This document shows, in pieces, positions 18,007 to 27,981 of a stretch of DNA of 64,000 nt (positions are counted from its first letter, which is position 1; every line of letters begins with the position of its first letter). The position numbers and the translations under genes were made by a program. The stretch is from a bacterium (GTDB lineage: Bacteria; Electryoneota; JAOADG01), in assembly GCA_963681965.1 (NCBI GenBank), contig OY820579.1, positions 2,592,001-2,656,000 of the forward strand. The letters run 5' to 3'. The notes beneath the pieces are model-generated. The model was not told the origin of the DNA. It was given only the letters and a program-made list of their open reading frames with translations, and ran no database searches.

Positions 18007-19935
18007 TTATTTTTCTGGAATTGTGCTTGCGTCACCATCTCTCAGTGCCCGGTAATGCGGGGACATGATCTCGACTCCGGCCTTAATGAAACAGTCTTGT
18101 ATGTTCTGATGCAGATCGGAATAGATCACTGCCATTTTGGTTGGAGCATTCGTGTAAGCATTCAACTCGTATTCGACGTAGAAGTCATTCAAAGCGATCT
18201 GGAGGACAAATGGTTTCGGATCACTTGAAACATCAGTTGTCATTCCGGCAGCATCTATTAGTAGTTGGTGCACGATCCGCCATGGGGCATCGTATCCAAT
18301 CGTGACAGAAGTTTGCAGAATCAGTTCGCGGTTATCGCTTAACGTGCTGTAGTTAACGATGTGACTGCTAAGGACGATAGAGTTAGGAATGGTTACTTCT
18401 ACGTTTTTAATGGTTCGGATTCGAGTGATCAATAGTGTCTTCTCGACAATGTCTCCCACTGTATCAGTAATTTTTACGCGATCGCCAACCTGAAAGGGTC
18501 GCATGTAAGTTAGAATAATCCCAGCAATGATATTCGATATCGCCGAAGAAGAACCAAACGACAACATAACACCAATAAAAACGGTGATTCCTTGAAAGAA
18601 CTTCGAGTCAGCACCCGGGAGATAAGGAAAGATGACGATAACTGCACAAACAATGATCACAAGCCTGACTATTTTGTAGGTCGGGTTGATCAGATCAAGG
18701 TGAAATCCACTAAACTTGAAGGCTCCACTTGCCAGTTCGTCGAACAGGAATCTGACTCCTTTGATGAAGTAGTAGGTGACAACAATGATTACAGCTATTG
18801 TAAATAATGAAGGAAGATAAGCAACAAATGCGACAACAGTAGCGTGAAGAGGATGGACAATTAGATCTAGCAGTTTTTTAGACCAAGTTTGGGTGTAATC
18901 GAATTGTCGGAATAGAATAGTCAAGTAGAAATATATTACTGCAGCGATTGCCACCAGTTTAGTATTGCGAACTAGACCAGTGATGACTCCTTGGATGCGA
19001 GTCTTAGAAAGTAACTCCCAATCTCTAATTTTTACACCATCAAAGTGCTTATCGATCCACTGTGATAGAACTGTTTGCAATCCGTTCACAAATGCTTTTC
19101 CTACTTTGAATGCCACTACTAGCGCAACCGTAAGTAGAATCGCAACACCGATATCACTCAGCAATGGAGTAACGTCCCACTGGCGTGTATACGGAAACAG
19201 TTCCCAGATATGCAAGAATAGGTAGTAAAAAGCAACGAGAGAGATTGCAGTACGAATGACTCCAAGTAATATCGTAGTTATTTGTAAAAATGTGGACAAA
19301 TGCATCAATTCGAATCCACGGAACGAAAATCCACCTTGACGCCTGTTTGCCAATCGTGTCAGCGATACCACCATCCATTTGTACATCTTAGCGAGTATAA
19401 ATAGAAGTATGATAAAGCTTAGCAAATACAGGGAGGATTCGCCGATGTTACTCCAAACTGCCTGAGGTGATGTATTTGCGCGGTAGGAAAAAATCTTTTG
19501 CTTGATAATGTCCAAGAATTGCAGGGCGGTTTGGTGCCGGGAAACAGTGGAGTCAATCAGATCGGTTGTGAGAACGACACAAAGCAACTGTGTACCGTAA
19601 CTGATGTCGCTAGAATATTCACTCTCTGAAACTCGAAATGAGTCCCATTCTAATTTTCTAAGTGTGGTAAGTATTAGCAATTGTTCGCTGATGCGTTCTG
19701 CCCGTTCTGCCCCGGTGAATGTCCCTGTATTTGAGATTACCGAAAAGAGTGTGTCACGCTGGAAGACAACTGGATATCCTATATTGTTTGGAGAAGACAA
19801 AATCTTAGTCGAGTCAGAATTCAATAGTCTTATGGTGTCAACTTCCTTCGCACCGGATGGCAATGAGATGGATAACAGTGTGACAACCACTGTAATTGCA
19901 GCAGTCGTAAGTGTTCTTCTCAATTTCTCAAACAT
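18007..19935 (-). CDS. mscS: MscS-family mechanosensitive channel with extended N-terminus
   Basis: SFGSSSAISNIIAG...RPFQVGDRVKI...GDIVEKTLL.TRIRT.KN..VTIPN...IGYDAPW...GVEIMSPHY. Confidence 0.92.
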   Translation of the reverse strand: MFEKLRRTLTTAAITVVVTLLSISLPSGAKEVDTIRLLNSDSTKILSSPNNIGYPVVFQRDTLFSVISNTGTFTGAERAERISEQLLILTTLRKLEWDSFRVSESEYSSDISYGTQLLCVVLTTDLIDSTVSRHQTALQFLDIIKQKIFSYRANTSPQAVWSNIGESSLYLLSFIILLFILAKMYKWMVVSLTRLANRRQGGFSFRGFELMHLSTFLQITTILLGVIRTAISLVAFYYLFLHIWELFPYTRQWDVTPLLSDIGVAILLTVALVVAFKVGKAFVNGLQTVLSQWIDKHFDGVKIRDWELLSKTRIQGVITGLVRNTKLVAIAAVIYFYLTILFRQFDYTQTWSKKLLDLIVHPLHATVVAFVAYLPSLFTIAVIIVVTYYFIKGVRFLFDELASGAFKFSGFHLDLINPTYKIVRLVIIVCAVIVIFPYLPGADSKFFQGITVFIGVMLSFGSSSAISNIIAGIILTYMRPFQVGDRVKITDTVGDIVEKTLLITRIRTIKNVEVTIPNSIVLSSHIVNYSTLSDNRELILQTSVTIGYDAPWRIVHQLLIDAAGMTTDVSSDPKPFVLQIALNDFYVEYELNAYTNAPTKMAVIYSDLHQNIQDCFIKAGVEIMSPHYRALRDGDASTIPEK

Positions 19936-19989
19936 TCATCCTCCGGTTCCAGAGCGATAGGCGCGCCAGATACATACTAAGTTCTACGT

Positions 19990-21357
19990 TCATTTAGTAG
20001 ATATTGAACGACGGGTGGAGCTAACAAGCATCAATACAATCCAACCAAGAATGGCAGAAACTAATGAGCCGCCGATAATGCCGATCTTAGCTGCATCCAA
20101 ATGTGAACCGGATGGGAATGCAAGATTTGCGATGAAGAGTGACATGGTAAAGCCGATGCCACCAAGCAATCCGATACCTAGAACATGCATCCATCTTACT
20201 GATGATGGCAACACTGCCAATTTTAACTTAACTGCGAGAAAAGAGAACAAGAAGATACCAATGGCTTTTCCAAACACAAGACCAAATGCGGTTCCGGTTG
20301 CGACAGTATCGCTCAGTAATGACCCAAATTGATCTCCGATTACGACTCCTGCATTGGCGAGAGCAAACACCGGCATAATCAGAAACGTGACAACCTTATG
20401 AAGTCCAGTATCCAGAAATTGTAGCGGTGATTGAACACTTTTCGTAAGCTTCATTAAGGAATAAATGGCGTTTATTTGCTTATGGTTGAGGAAAGCGTGA
20501 GCTTGGACATTACTACCATTGGAAAAATCATCGAGTGAGCGATGCCCTTCAAAAATGAACTCTTTCTGATTAACCCGAGTCGTGGCTGGAATACACATCG
20601 CCAGTATCACTCCAGCAATTGTCGAATGGATGCCTGACTGCAAGACGAGATACCAAAGGATCACTCCAAACACCAGATAAACAGGTACCGATCGTACATT
20701 ACTCCAGTTTAAGATTGCGAGTATAACCACAGTAATACCAGCCAGTCCCAAAAACATCAGCGATATCTCATTCGTATAAAACACCGCTATCACCAGGACA
20801 GCCCCAATGTCATCGATAATTGCCAATGCCGTCAACATCACCTTCAATCCGAGTGGCACTTTGTTTCCCAAGATTGCGAGCATTCCAATCGCGAACGCAA
20901 TGTCGGTTGCCATCGGAATCCCCCAACCTCGAACGCCTTCCGTTCCGGAAGTCATCAGCCAGTAAATAGTAGCCGGAAACAACATACCTCCCAACGCAGC
21001 GAAGATTGGGAGTAACGCTTTCTTCGGTGATGCCAGTTCACCGACCAGCATCTCGCGTTTAATTTCTAAACCCACTACTAAAAAGAATATTGCCATTAAC
21101 CCATCGTTGATCAGATGCATAACCGAAGTCGATACCTGATATTGTCCGATTCCAACATTCAACGAAGAATGAAAAATGTTCTGGTAGAGGGTAGCCCAAA
21201 TTGAGTTCGCCCAAATCACAGCAATGACTGCACTGATGAATAACAGGATGCCTGATGCTGATTCCAATTTGAAGAATTCTTGGAACGGAGTCAGTATTCT
21301 GTTTTTAAGTAGATGGTTCACTTTGTGTGTCTCTCGATTCATTCTTTTCTCTTTCAA
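19990..21357 (-). CDS. nhaA: Na+/H+ antiporter NhaA
   Basis: INDGLMAIFF..VGLEIKRE, GWGIPMATDIAF, LAIIDD, GIGFTMSLFI. Confidence 0.96.
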   Translation of the reverse strand: MKEKRMNRETHKVNHLLKNRILTPFQEFFKLESASGILLFISAVIAVIWANSIWATLYQNIFHSSLNVGIGQYQVSTSVMHLINDGLMAIFFLVVGLEIKREMLVGELASPKKALLPIFAALGGMLFPATIYWLMTSGTEGVRGWGIPMATDIAFAIGMLAILGNKVPLGLKVMLTALAIIDDIGAVLVIAVFYTNEISLMFLGLAGITVVILAILNWSNVRSVPVYLVFGVILWYLVLQSGIHSTIAGVILAMCIPATTRVNQKEFIFEGHRSLDDFSNGSNVQAHAFLNHKQINAIYSLMKLTKSVQSPLQFLDTGLHKVVTFLIMPVFALANAGVVIGDQFGSLLSDTVATGTAFGLVFGKAIGIFLFSFLAVKLKLAVLPSSVRWMHVLGIGLLGGIGFTMSLFIANLAFPSGSHLDAAKIGIIGGSLVSAILGWIVLMLVSSTRRSISTK

Positions 21358-22724
21358 GTAATGGTCTCAAGCTTGGACTCTGACGGTACAGTTGTTTTGG
21401 ATCTGATTTCGAGTAATGCATCGTAGATGGGTAGTGATCCAAGCAGCGTGGCAGTCAGGTAAGAAATCAGACACGCAATCGATAACGGAAAAAGTTGTGA
21501 GTAGTTACCTGTCATCTCTAGTATAAGTACGATACCAGTTAGAGGTGCGCGAACACTTGCAACAAAAACCGCAGCCATACCGATTACGGCGAATGCGGCC
21601 GGGGTCGGTGCCAATGCGGGAAACATCAAGTGATCGAACTGCCCAACAATTGCGCCCAGGAGTGCACCAATCAGTAACATGGGTGCAAAGATTCCGCCGG
21701 GAACCCCTGCAGCAAAAGAAAGACTCGTCAACAGGATTTTACCTACTAAAAGGAGTAGTAGAAAGATGATCGTACCATCTCTCGGGATCACTCCTTTCAA
21801 TATCATCTCTGCAGTTGCATGTCCACCACCGGTAATTTCTGGCAGAATCCATACCGAGGCTGCAATTACTACTGCGACAACTCCACCTCTTACCCATGGA
21901 TTCTTGAGATACAAATCGGCATAACGAATGCTGTTCAGTAACGACTTGTTAAAAACAACTCCAATCAGCCCTGCCGCTACTCCCAAGATGGCAAATAGTG
22001 GAAGTGCCTCTAATGACGGTACCGGAAATGAGGTCACATGAAATGAAGGGATTTGACCGACGGAAATCTGAGTGACGAGTGCAGCAGTAAGCGAGGAGAT
22101 GAATGCGGTGCCATACGTCATCGGTGACAAACCGCGACGTAACTCCTCAATGACAAAAATGAACCCAGCAAGTGGTGCATTAAACGCACCTGCCAACCCG
22201 GCTCCAGCACCACAAGCGATCAGGTGACTACGTTCACTGGCTGTACTGCGAAGGAATTTCGATACAACCATTCCAACCGCAGAACCCATTTGAACTGTTG
22301 GACCTTCACGACCAAGTGAAAATCCTGCACCGATTGCGAGTACACCTCCAATGAACTTAACAAGCAAGACTCGAATCCAACGAATTTCAATTTTACGCTC
22401 GAGAACAAGCTTGACATGGGGAATTCCACTACCAGCAGCTTCTGGTGCAAACTTATTCGTCATCCAACTGACTAATGCTCCTATTCCAATGATCACAATA
22501 GAGAACGGTAGCACCCACCAATATGAACTTTCCGAGATCGATGCCATTATCGATTTACGTATCACTTCTGCAAACCAGAGGAAGTATTGAAATGTAAGAG
22601 CAATTGAACCAGTAGCTAATCCGATGGTTATAGCACGTACAAACTGATACCGTCGACTCATCTGAATCAGGCGCACCATTCGCTCTCGATTACTTGTTCC
22701 ACTAGCAGTGGCGCTTACACTCAC
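21354..22724 (-). CDS. clcA: H+/Cl- exchange transporter, ClC family
   Basis: GSGIP, GREGPTVQMG, AFNAPLAG..F..EE, GGIFAP, PIY. Confidence 0.93.
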   Translation of the reverse strand: MSVSATASGTSNRERMVRLIQMSRRYQFVRAITIGLATGSIALTFQYFLWFAEVIRKSIMASISESSYWWVLPFSIVIIGIGALVSWMTNKFAPEAAGSGIPHVKLVLERKIEIRWIRVLLVKFIGGVLAIGAGFSLGREGPTVQMGSAVGMVVSKFLRSTASERSHLIACGAGAGLAGAFNAPLAGFIFVIEELRRGLSPMTYGTAFISSLTAALVTQISVGQIPSFHVTSFPVPSLEALPLFAILGVAAGLIGVVFNKSLLNSIRYADLYLKNPWVRGGVVAVVIAASVWILPEITGGGHATAEMILKGVIPRDGTIIFLLLLLVGKILLTSLSFAAGVPGGIFAPMLLIGALLGAIVGQFDHLMFPALAPTPAAFAVIGMAAVFVASVRAPLTGIVLILEMTGNYSQLFPLSIACLISYLTATLLGSLPIYDALLEIRSKTTVPSESKLETIT

Positions 22725-22821
22725 GATAGAAATCCCTTATCTCTTCAAGATCGGCTGACTCAGTTGTCTGGCAAACCGGTGAATGGTACTTTATTCATAC
22801 ATCCCATTAAAGACGAGCGGT

Positions 22822-23997
22822 ATGGATCTTCAGAACATCATGTTAAATGTTTTAAGTACACCGGAAGTACAGTATATCCTTCTGCTATTCGCTTTGTTCG
22901 TGTTTCCGAAGTGGTTGCAAAGATTCCGTATTCCCGGTGCCATAACCAGCCTTTTGTTGGGCATGGTTGCCAGCATGTTTCTCCACCTCTTTGATCAAGA
23001 TGCAACAATTCAATTACTTGCTACTTTCGGGATCGTCTCAATGTTCCTCTTTGCCGGACTTGAGATGGATTTTGTTCTGTTGCGCAAACACTTCTCAGTT
23101 CTGATACAACATATTGCAATTCAATTGGTTACTCTACTACTCATTGCATGGATAGCATCGTTCGTTTTTGATTTATCCAGCCGAGCTGCCATCGTATTGG
23201 CAATGGCGCTGCTTACTCCTTCCGCAGGTTTCATACTTGATTCCTTACTCACGTTGAAGGTGTCTAATCTTGAGAAAGAATGGATCAAATCGAAAGTACT
23301 GGCTACTGAGCTAGTCACTTTAAGTGTTTTGTTCTTTGTACTCCAGTCAACCAGTGCAGTAAAAATGTCAGTCTCGCTGGGAGTGTTGATTGCTCTAGTC
23401 GTCATTCTTCCGATTCTGTTCAAACTCTTTGCCTCCTGGATCATTCCATTTGCCCCTAAATCCGAATTTGCGTTCCTACTGATGGTTGCAGTAGTAAGTT
23501 CGCTGGTTACCCGCAGACTCGGAGTATACTACCTGGTCGGGGCCTTTATCGTCGGAATCACAGCGCAGAATTTTCAAAAGCATTTGCCAGCCATTGCATC
23601 GGAAAAAATGCTCCACGCTGTCGAAGTTTTTGCTTCGTTCTTTATCCCTTTTTACTTTTTTAACGCCGGAATGCACCTACACAAAGAAGATTTCAATTGG
23701 TATGTGCTTCTCGCTGGGATCTCTTTTGCATTTGTGTTAATTCCAACAAGGATCTTTCAGGTCGCCTTACATCGACGGTTTGCCCTTCACGAAACGCTAA
23801 TTTCCAGTAGACGTATCGGTATCGCATTGCTTCCATCACTTGTGTTCACCATCGTACTAGCCGAGATTCTCCGCGAACGGTTTGAAGCACCCCCCATCAT
23901 CTTTGGGGGGCTGATAGTTTACACTATTGTAACTACAGTACTTCCCAGTATTCTTTTGAGATCGGAACCACCTCAAGGGTTATCGCATAAAGTCTAG
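22822..23997 (+). CDS. Cation:proton antiporter (CPA2 family)
   Basis: FGIVSMFLFAGLE, many TM helices, LG.Y.LVGAFIVG, FFIPFYFF.AG. Confidence 0.85.
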   Translation: MDLQNIMLNVLSTPEVQYILLLFALFVFPKWLQRFRIPGAITSLLLGMVASMFLHLFDQDATIQLLATFGIVSMFLFAGLEMDFVLLRKHFSVLIQHIAIQLVTLLLIAWIASFVFDLSSRAAIVLAMALLTPSAGFILDSLLTLKVSNLEKEWIKSKVLATELVTLSVLFFVLQSTSAVKMSVSLGVLIALVVILPILFKLFASWIIPFAPKSEFAFLLMVAVVSSLVTRRLGVYYLVGAFIVGITAQNFQKHLPAIASEKMLHAVEVFASFFIPFYFFNAGMHLHKEDFNWYVLLAGISFAFVLIPTRIFQVALHRRFALHETLISSRRIGIALLPSLVFTIVLAEILRERFEAPPIIFGGLIVYTIVTTVLPSILLRSEPPQGLSHKV

Positions 23998-24026
23998 GCA
24001 CTTTACATGATCATAATCTAACCAAA

Positions 24027-24632
24027 CTATTCAAAGGTCCGCTTACTTATCACGTTCGATGTTAGCCTTGAAAGGATTGTACGTCTAAACCATGTTACTA
24101 AGTTTGTTGCTAATGACGTGTCAGAAAGAAGATGCAAATCGCCCGTGTTTTTAGCTGACAGATCTATCGTAACCCGACAATCGGAGGATGGGTTTAAGTC
24201 ATACATCGCCGTGACGATAGATCCCTCAATTGATGTTCCAACTATTAGTATATTACTAACTCTTTTCCGGATGAGTCTATCTGGTAGATTTCTGAACTGC
24301 CCAAACCACTTGTTTTTTCCACTACCTATTAAGGTTAATTGTGGCTTCAGTTGATTGATGGCCTTGCGAATTCCTTTGAGGGGTGAACCTTTAACGATAT
24401 GGATCGTTATCCCGAAAGATGGAGTGGGAAGTTGCTCTCGTATGATCTTCATGATTTGCATTTGAAACCAGCGAAGTTGTTCACGTTCCCGGTCTTTTTC
24501 TGGGATTACGTGTACTACATGGAGAGGAACATGACGCACCTGAGAAATTCGATACGCCTCTCTCAGAACAGGAAAATCAATCGACTTGAGTTGAATGGCA
24601 ACTACGATCCCTGATTCTTCTACGAAAATGTT
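24027..24632 (-). pseudogene. Degenerate universal stress protein
   Basis: Frame open upstream of the ORF call (GIVVAIQ...REAYRISQVRHVPLHVVHVIP...IVKGSP..GI...LIGSG) but no canonical start before an in-frame TGA; second USP domain looks eroded. Confidence 0.5.
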
Positions 24633-24706
24633 ACACCTTCACTTCCTGCAGCAAATCATACTTCAGCAAACTTGTCTAATCATTCGTTCGACGATTTGTC
24701 TAATAC

Positions 24707-25600
24707 CTATTGATGCGAATCGCTATTAACTCGAACCACCAGCAAGGAACACTTGGCCCGACGAATAAGTCCTTCCGACACACTGCCGAGAGTTAGTCGT
24801 TTCAAACCCGATTTACCATGAGATCCAATAACGAGCAGCTCAGCCCGAGATGCAATCACTGCATGGAGAATTGCATCGATTGGATTTCCTTCCTTGAGAA
24901 TCGATTTTGCGGAAAATTCTTCTGCGACTATCCGAAGCTTTTCTTTTGATTCATGAAGAAATGTGGAATGCATATCGCTGGTAGTAAATGGTGAAACCAT
25001 TGGATCAGGAGCGAAAAATAGAAATGGCGATGTCTCAACAACATGAATGATGATTAACTGATTCGATCGGTAACTGGCTGCAACACTTGCTCGATGAACT
25101 GCAGGCAGGCTTAGATCGGAAAAATCGGTTGCAGCCAGCACGCATCCTTGTTTACGCTTTCGAGCTATTAACACTGGACAGGTTGCGTGTCTTACAACAC
25201 GTTCGGCGATCCCAGAAAAAATCTTTGGTCGTGTCTTCTTTGTTCCCGCACCTATTACAATCATTGAGGCATCAACTTCGTCGGCGATTTGAAGAATACC
25301 GGCATCGGCAGAGCCCTGCACGACATGGAGTGTGACTGGTAACCTGACATCAGGATAGGTGTCAGTGATCAAGTACTCTAAACGAGATTTAGCAGCTGCG
25401 ATCTGTTCTTCAGCCACAAACGGTGAATCACCGATTAGAGATAGTCCAGTCATGGGTAAAAATCTGGTGTCAGGAATAACGTGAACAACATGAGCTGGTA
25501 TACTCTCGCGAAGCGCGAGGTCGATGCCATGACGGAAAGCCACCATACTATCTCTGTCGTTTTTTACTGCGATTAGTACGGGACCGCGGTGCTCATTCAT
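24707..25600 (-). CDS. Tandem-domain universal stress protein
   Basis: AERVVRHATCPVLIAR, VLAATDFS, G.P...I...LLVIGSHG.SG.....LGSVSE.LIR.A.CS.LVV. Confidence 0.92.
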   Translation of the reverse strand: MNEHRGPVLIAVKNDRDSMVAFRHGIDLALRESIPAHVVHVIPDTRFLPMTGLSLIGDSPFVAEEQIAAAKSRLEYLITDTYPDVRLPVTLHVVQGSADAGILQIADEVDASMIVIGAGTKKTRPKIFSGIAERVVRHATCPVLIARKRKQGCVLAATDFSDLSLPAVHRASVAASYRSNQLIIIHVVETSPFLFFAPDPMVSPFTTSDMHSTFLHESKEKLRIVAEEFSAKSILKEGNPIDAILHAVIASRAELLVIGSHGKSGLKRLTLGSVSEGLIRRAKCSLLVVRVNSDSHQ

Positions 25601-25661
25601 TTCATACTCCTGCTTGATGTAGTGATTTCGATTGGCGAGCTAGTGTGTCCAAATCATTGTT

Positions 25662-25970
25662 CTAGCCATCCTCAGGAGCGTCACGTCCAGATATGATCTG
25701 CTCTTTCCTGCGTCGGCGTTGCTTCTCAAGTTTTGTAACAACTTCACGCGCAGCATCGGAAGCATCGCTCGATTTAGCGGAGGCACGGTAAAATCCGCTC
25801 TGGGAATGGATACGGCATAAAACCTCTTTCTCAGGGCCTTCCTCAGTAACATCCCACTCGACCGTCTGGATGTTATGGAACAGCTTTTCAAACCGCTCAG
25901 TAAGCTCTTCAATAAGAGGTTTAAGACCAGCAAACGAATCATGGATTCGAATGGAGAACGTCAAAGTCAT
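25662..25970 (-). CDS. HPF/RaiA-like ribosome-associated protein
   Basis: About 100 aa; L...IEE...R.EK....I...A...D...A.....KLEKQ.RR.K. Confidence 0.65.
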   Translation of the reverse strand: MTLTFSIRIHDSFAGLKPLIEELTERFEKLFHNIQTVEWDVTEEGPEKEVLCRIHSQSGFYRASAKSSDASDAAREVVTKLEKQRRRRKEQIISGRDAPEDG

Positions 25971-26172
25971 GGTGTATTCCTTTCAATCAGTACCGCAACA
26001 CGACACAAACTTGAATATGCTTCATATATGAATAAGATACAGAAAAGACATTACTTTGTCAATTGCGCGATGGATGGCTAGTAAAATCGATGCTTGTTCT
26101 GGATTAGTACGAGTGTGTTTGCGTTTGAAGTTAACAAATTGTACCTTATTCATAATTGAAAGGAATTCAATA

Positions 26173-26814
26173 ATGAACGGAAGAAGAGACCGACGCAAAC
26201 AGGAAACCAGAGCCGCATTTCTAAAAGCTGGGTTAGAGATGTTTCATGAGAAGGGGATCGTAGCTACCAGAATCGAAGATATCACCGATCTAGCGGATGT
26301 CGCACGCGGCGGTTTCTACAATTACTTCGAATCTAAGGACGACTTGGTCTACGCATTGCTCATTGAGGGGATCGAACAGCTCCGGTCACTTCTGGCAGCC
26401 GGAGTAAATGTAAAGTACTCAACTCGAAAACGGATCGAAGTCGTCGTTCAAGTTCACGAAAACTTTTTTACGACTCACCCCGAATATGCTCTGCTCTTTC
26501 ATCAAGCTAGAGGGTTACTTGAAACGAAATCTTTCGATGTGACACTGCTAAGGAAAGGATTTAAACAATACTTGAACATTGTTGGAGATTCCCTTTTTCC
26601 ACCAAAAGCGCTTTCACAAATGAGTGAAGAGGCGAAACTCGGGTTTGCGCGAATGGTCGCAGGTACAATCGCGGGCTATCGATCCTATAGCCTTGCGACT
26701 GGGTTGACCCCCGACTATAAAGATGTAACGAACATACTTTTAAACGGTTTGACCATTCCCGGCGAAAAAATTGAATCTCAGATCGATAATTGTCAGGTTA
26801 CCGAGCAAACCTGA
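26173..26814 (+). CDS. TetR/AcrR family regulator
   Basis: RRDRRKQETR..FL.AG..MF.EKG...T.IEDIT..ADVARG.FYNYF.SK.DL. Confidence 0.93.
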   Translation: MNGRRDRRKQETRAAFLKAGLEMFHEKGIVATRIEDITDLADVARGGFYNYFESKDDLVYALLIEGIEQLRSLLAAGVNVKYSTRKRIEVVVQVHENFFTTHPEYALLFHQARGLLETKSFDVTLLRKGFKQYLNIVGDSLFPPKALSQMSEEAKLGFARMVAGTIAGYRSYSLATGLTPDYKDVTNILLNGLTIPGEKIESQIDNCQVTEQT

Positions 26815-26820
26815 GAAAGG

Positions 26821-27981
26821 ATGGTGAACATGGATACGACCGAAGCATTCAAAACAAAACCGAAGATTGCAGTTCTTGGAGCTGGACACGGTGGTTTGGC
26901 AATGGCAGGTCACCTAGCCATCAAAGGGTTTGAAATCAAGCTGTTCAATCGAAGTGAGGAGCGACTCTGGGGTGTTAAATCAACTGGTGGCATTGAAGTA
27001 GAAGGAGAAATAGAAGGGTTTGGCAAGATCGATGTCGTATCGACAAACATCAGAGAAGTAATTGACGATGCCGACTTGATTATGGTAGTAGCTCCCGCCA
27101 CCGCTCACCGTTACATGGCAGAACAATGTGCCCCATACTTACACGATGGCCAAATCGTCATACTTCATCCGGGCCGAACGTTTGGTGCATTGGAATTCCG
27201 TCAGGTGTTAAGTCAGCACAACGTCACCGCCGATGCTGCAATCGCCGAAACTCAGACATTTATCTATGCTTCACGTGCAATCGGACCCGGTCATGTGAAG
27301 ATATTTGGAATCAAGAATTCAATACCAGTCGCCTCAATCCGTGCCCATCTCATCCCCAGCGTCCTCAAACAATTACGAGTTGTTTATCCGCAGTTCGTTC
27401 CAGGCGACAATATCTTCAAGACCAGTTTCGATAACATTGGTGCCGTGTTTCACCCAACGCTCTGTGTATTGAACGCGGGATGGATTGAAGATGATGCAGA
27501 GTTCCAATTCTACATCAATGGTGTAACGGAATCAGTTGCAAAAGTACTCGAGCAAGTTGACATCGAGCGCGTAAATGTTGCCGAGGCGCTTGGTATTCGG
27601 GCTTTAACCGCCCGTCAGTGGCTCTACATGGCTTACAACACTGCTGGTGATGATCTCCACACTGCGATGAAAAAGAACCCGGGGTACCGAGGAATCATGG
27701 CACCTACTACTCTTCGAGTTCGATACATCAGCGAAGATGTTCCTTCGAGCTTAGTCCCAATCGCATCAGTAGGGAAGAAGTTTGGTGTTGAGACTCCAAC
27801 CATCAACACAATCATTCAACTCGCATCAGTATTAAACCAAACAGACTACAAAGCGATTGGTAGAACAGTTGAGAGGTTGGGGATCGCGGACATGACCTTA
27901 AAGGAACTTCGGTTATTGGCGATCGGCGAACCGCATCAGCCAATCGCTAACCTTAGTAAATCAGAGGAGGGCAAATCATGA
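26821..27981 (+). CDS. NAD(P)-dependent opine (octopine/nopaline) dehydrogenase family
   Basis: IAVLGAGHGG.A.A, LHPGRTFGALEF, ETQT..YA.R, N.GAVFHP...LNAG.IE, FY..GVT, RYISEDVP..LVP. Confidence 0.92.
   Translation: MVNMDTTEAFKTKPKIAVLGAGHGGLAMAGHLAIKGFEIKLFNRSEERLWGVKSTGGIEVEGEIEGFGKIDVVSTNIREVIDDADLIMVVAPATAHRYMAEQCAPYLHDGQIVILHPGRTFGALEFRQVLSQHNVTADAAIAETQTFIYASRAIGPGHVKIFGIKNSIPVASIRAHLIPSVLKQLRVVYPQFVPGDNIFKTSFDNIGAVFHPTLCVLNAGWIEDDAEFQFYINGVTESVAKVLEQVDIERVNVAEALGIRALTARQWLYMAYNTAGDDLHTAMKKNPGYRGIMAPTTLRVRYISEDVPSSLVPIASVGKKFGVETPTINTIIQLASVLNQTDYKAIGRTVERLGIADMTLKELRLLAIGEPHQPIANLSKSEEGKS

Noticed and set aside
25971-26172. Cobalamin riboswitch ahead of the B12 enzyme operon
   Set aside because: No B12-box or GGGAA core motifs visible
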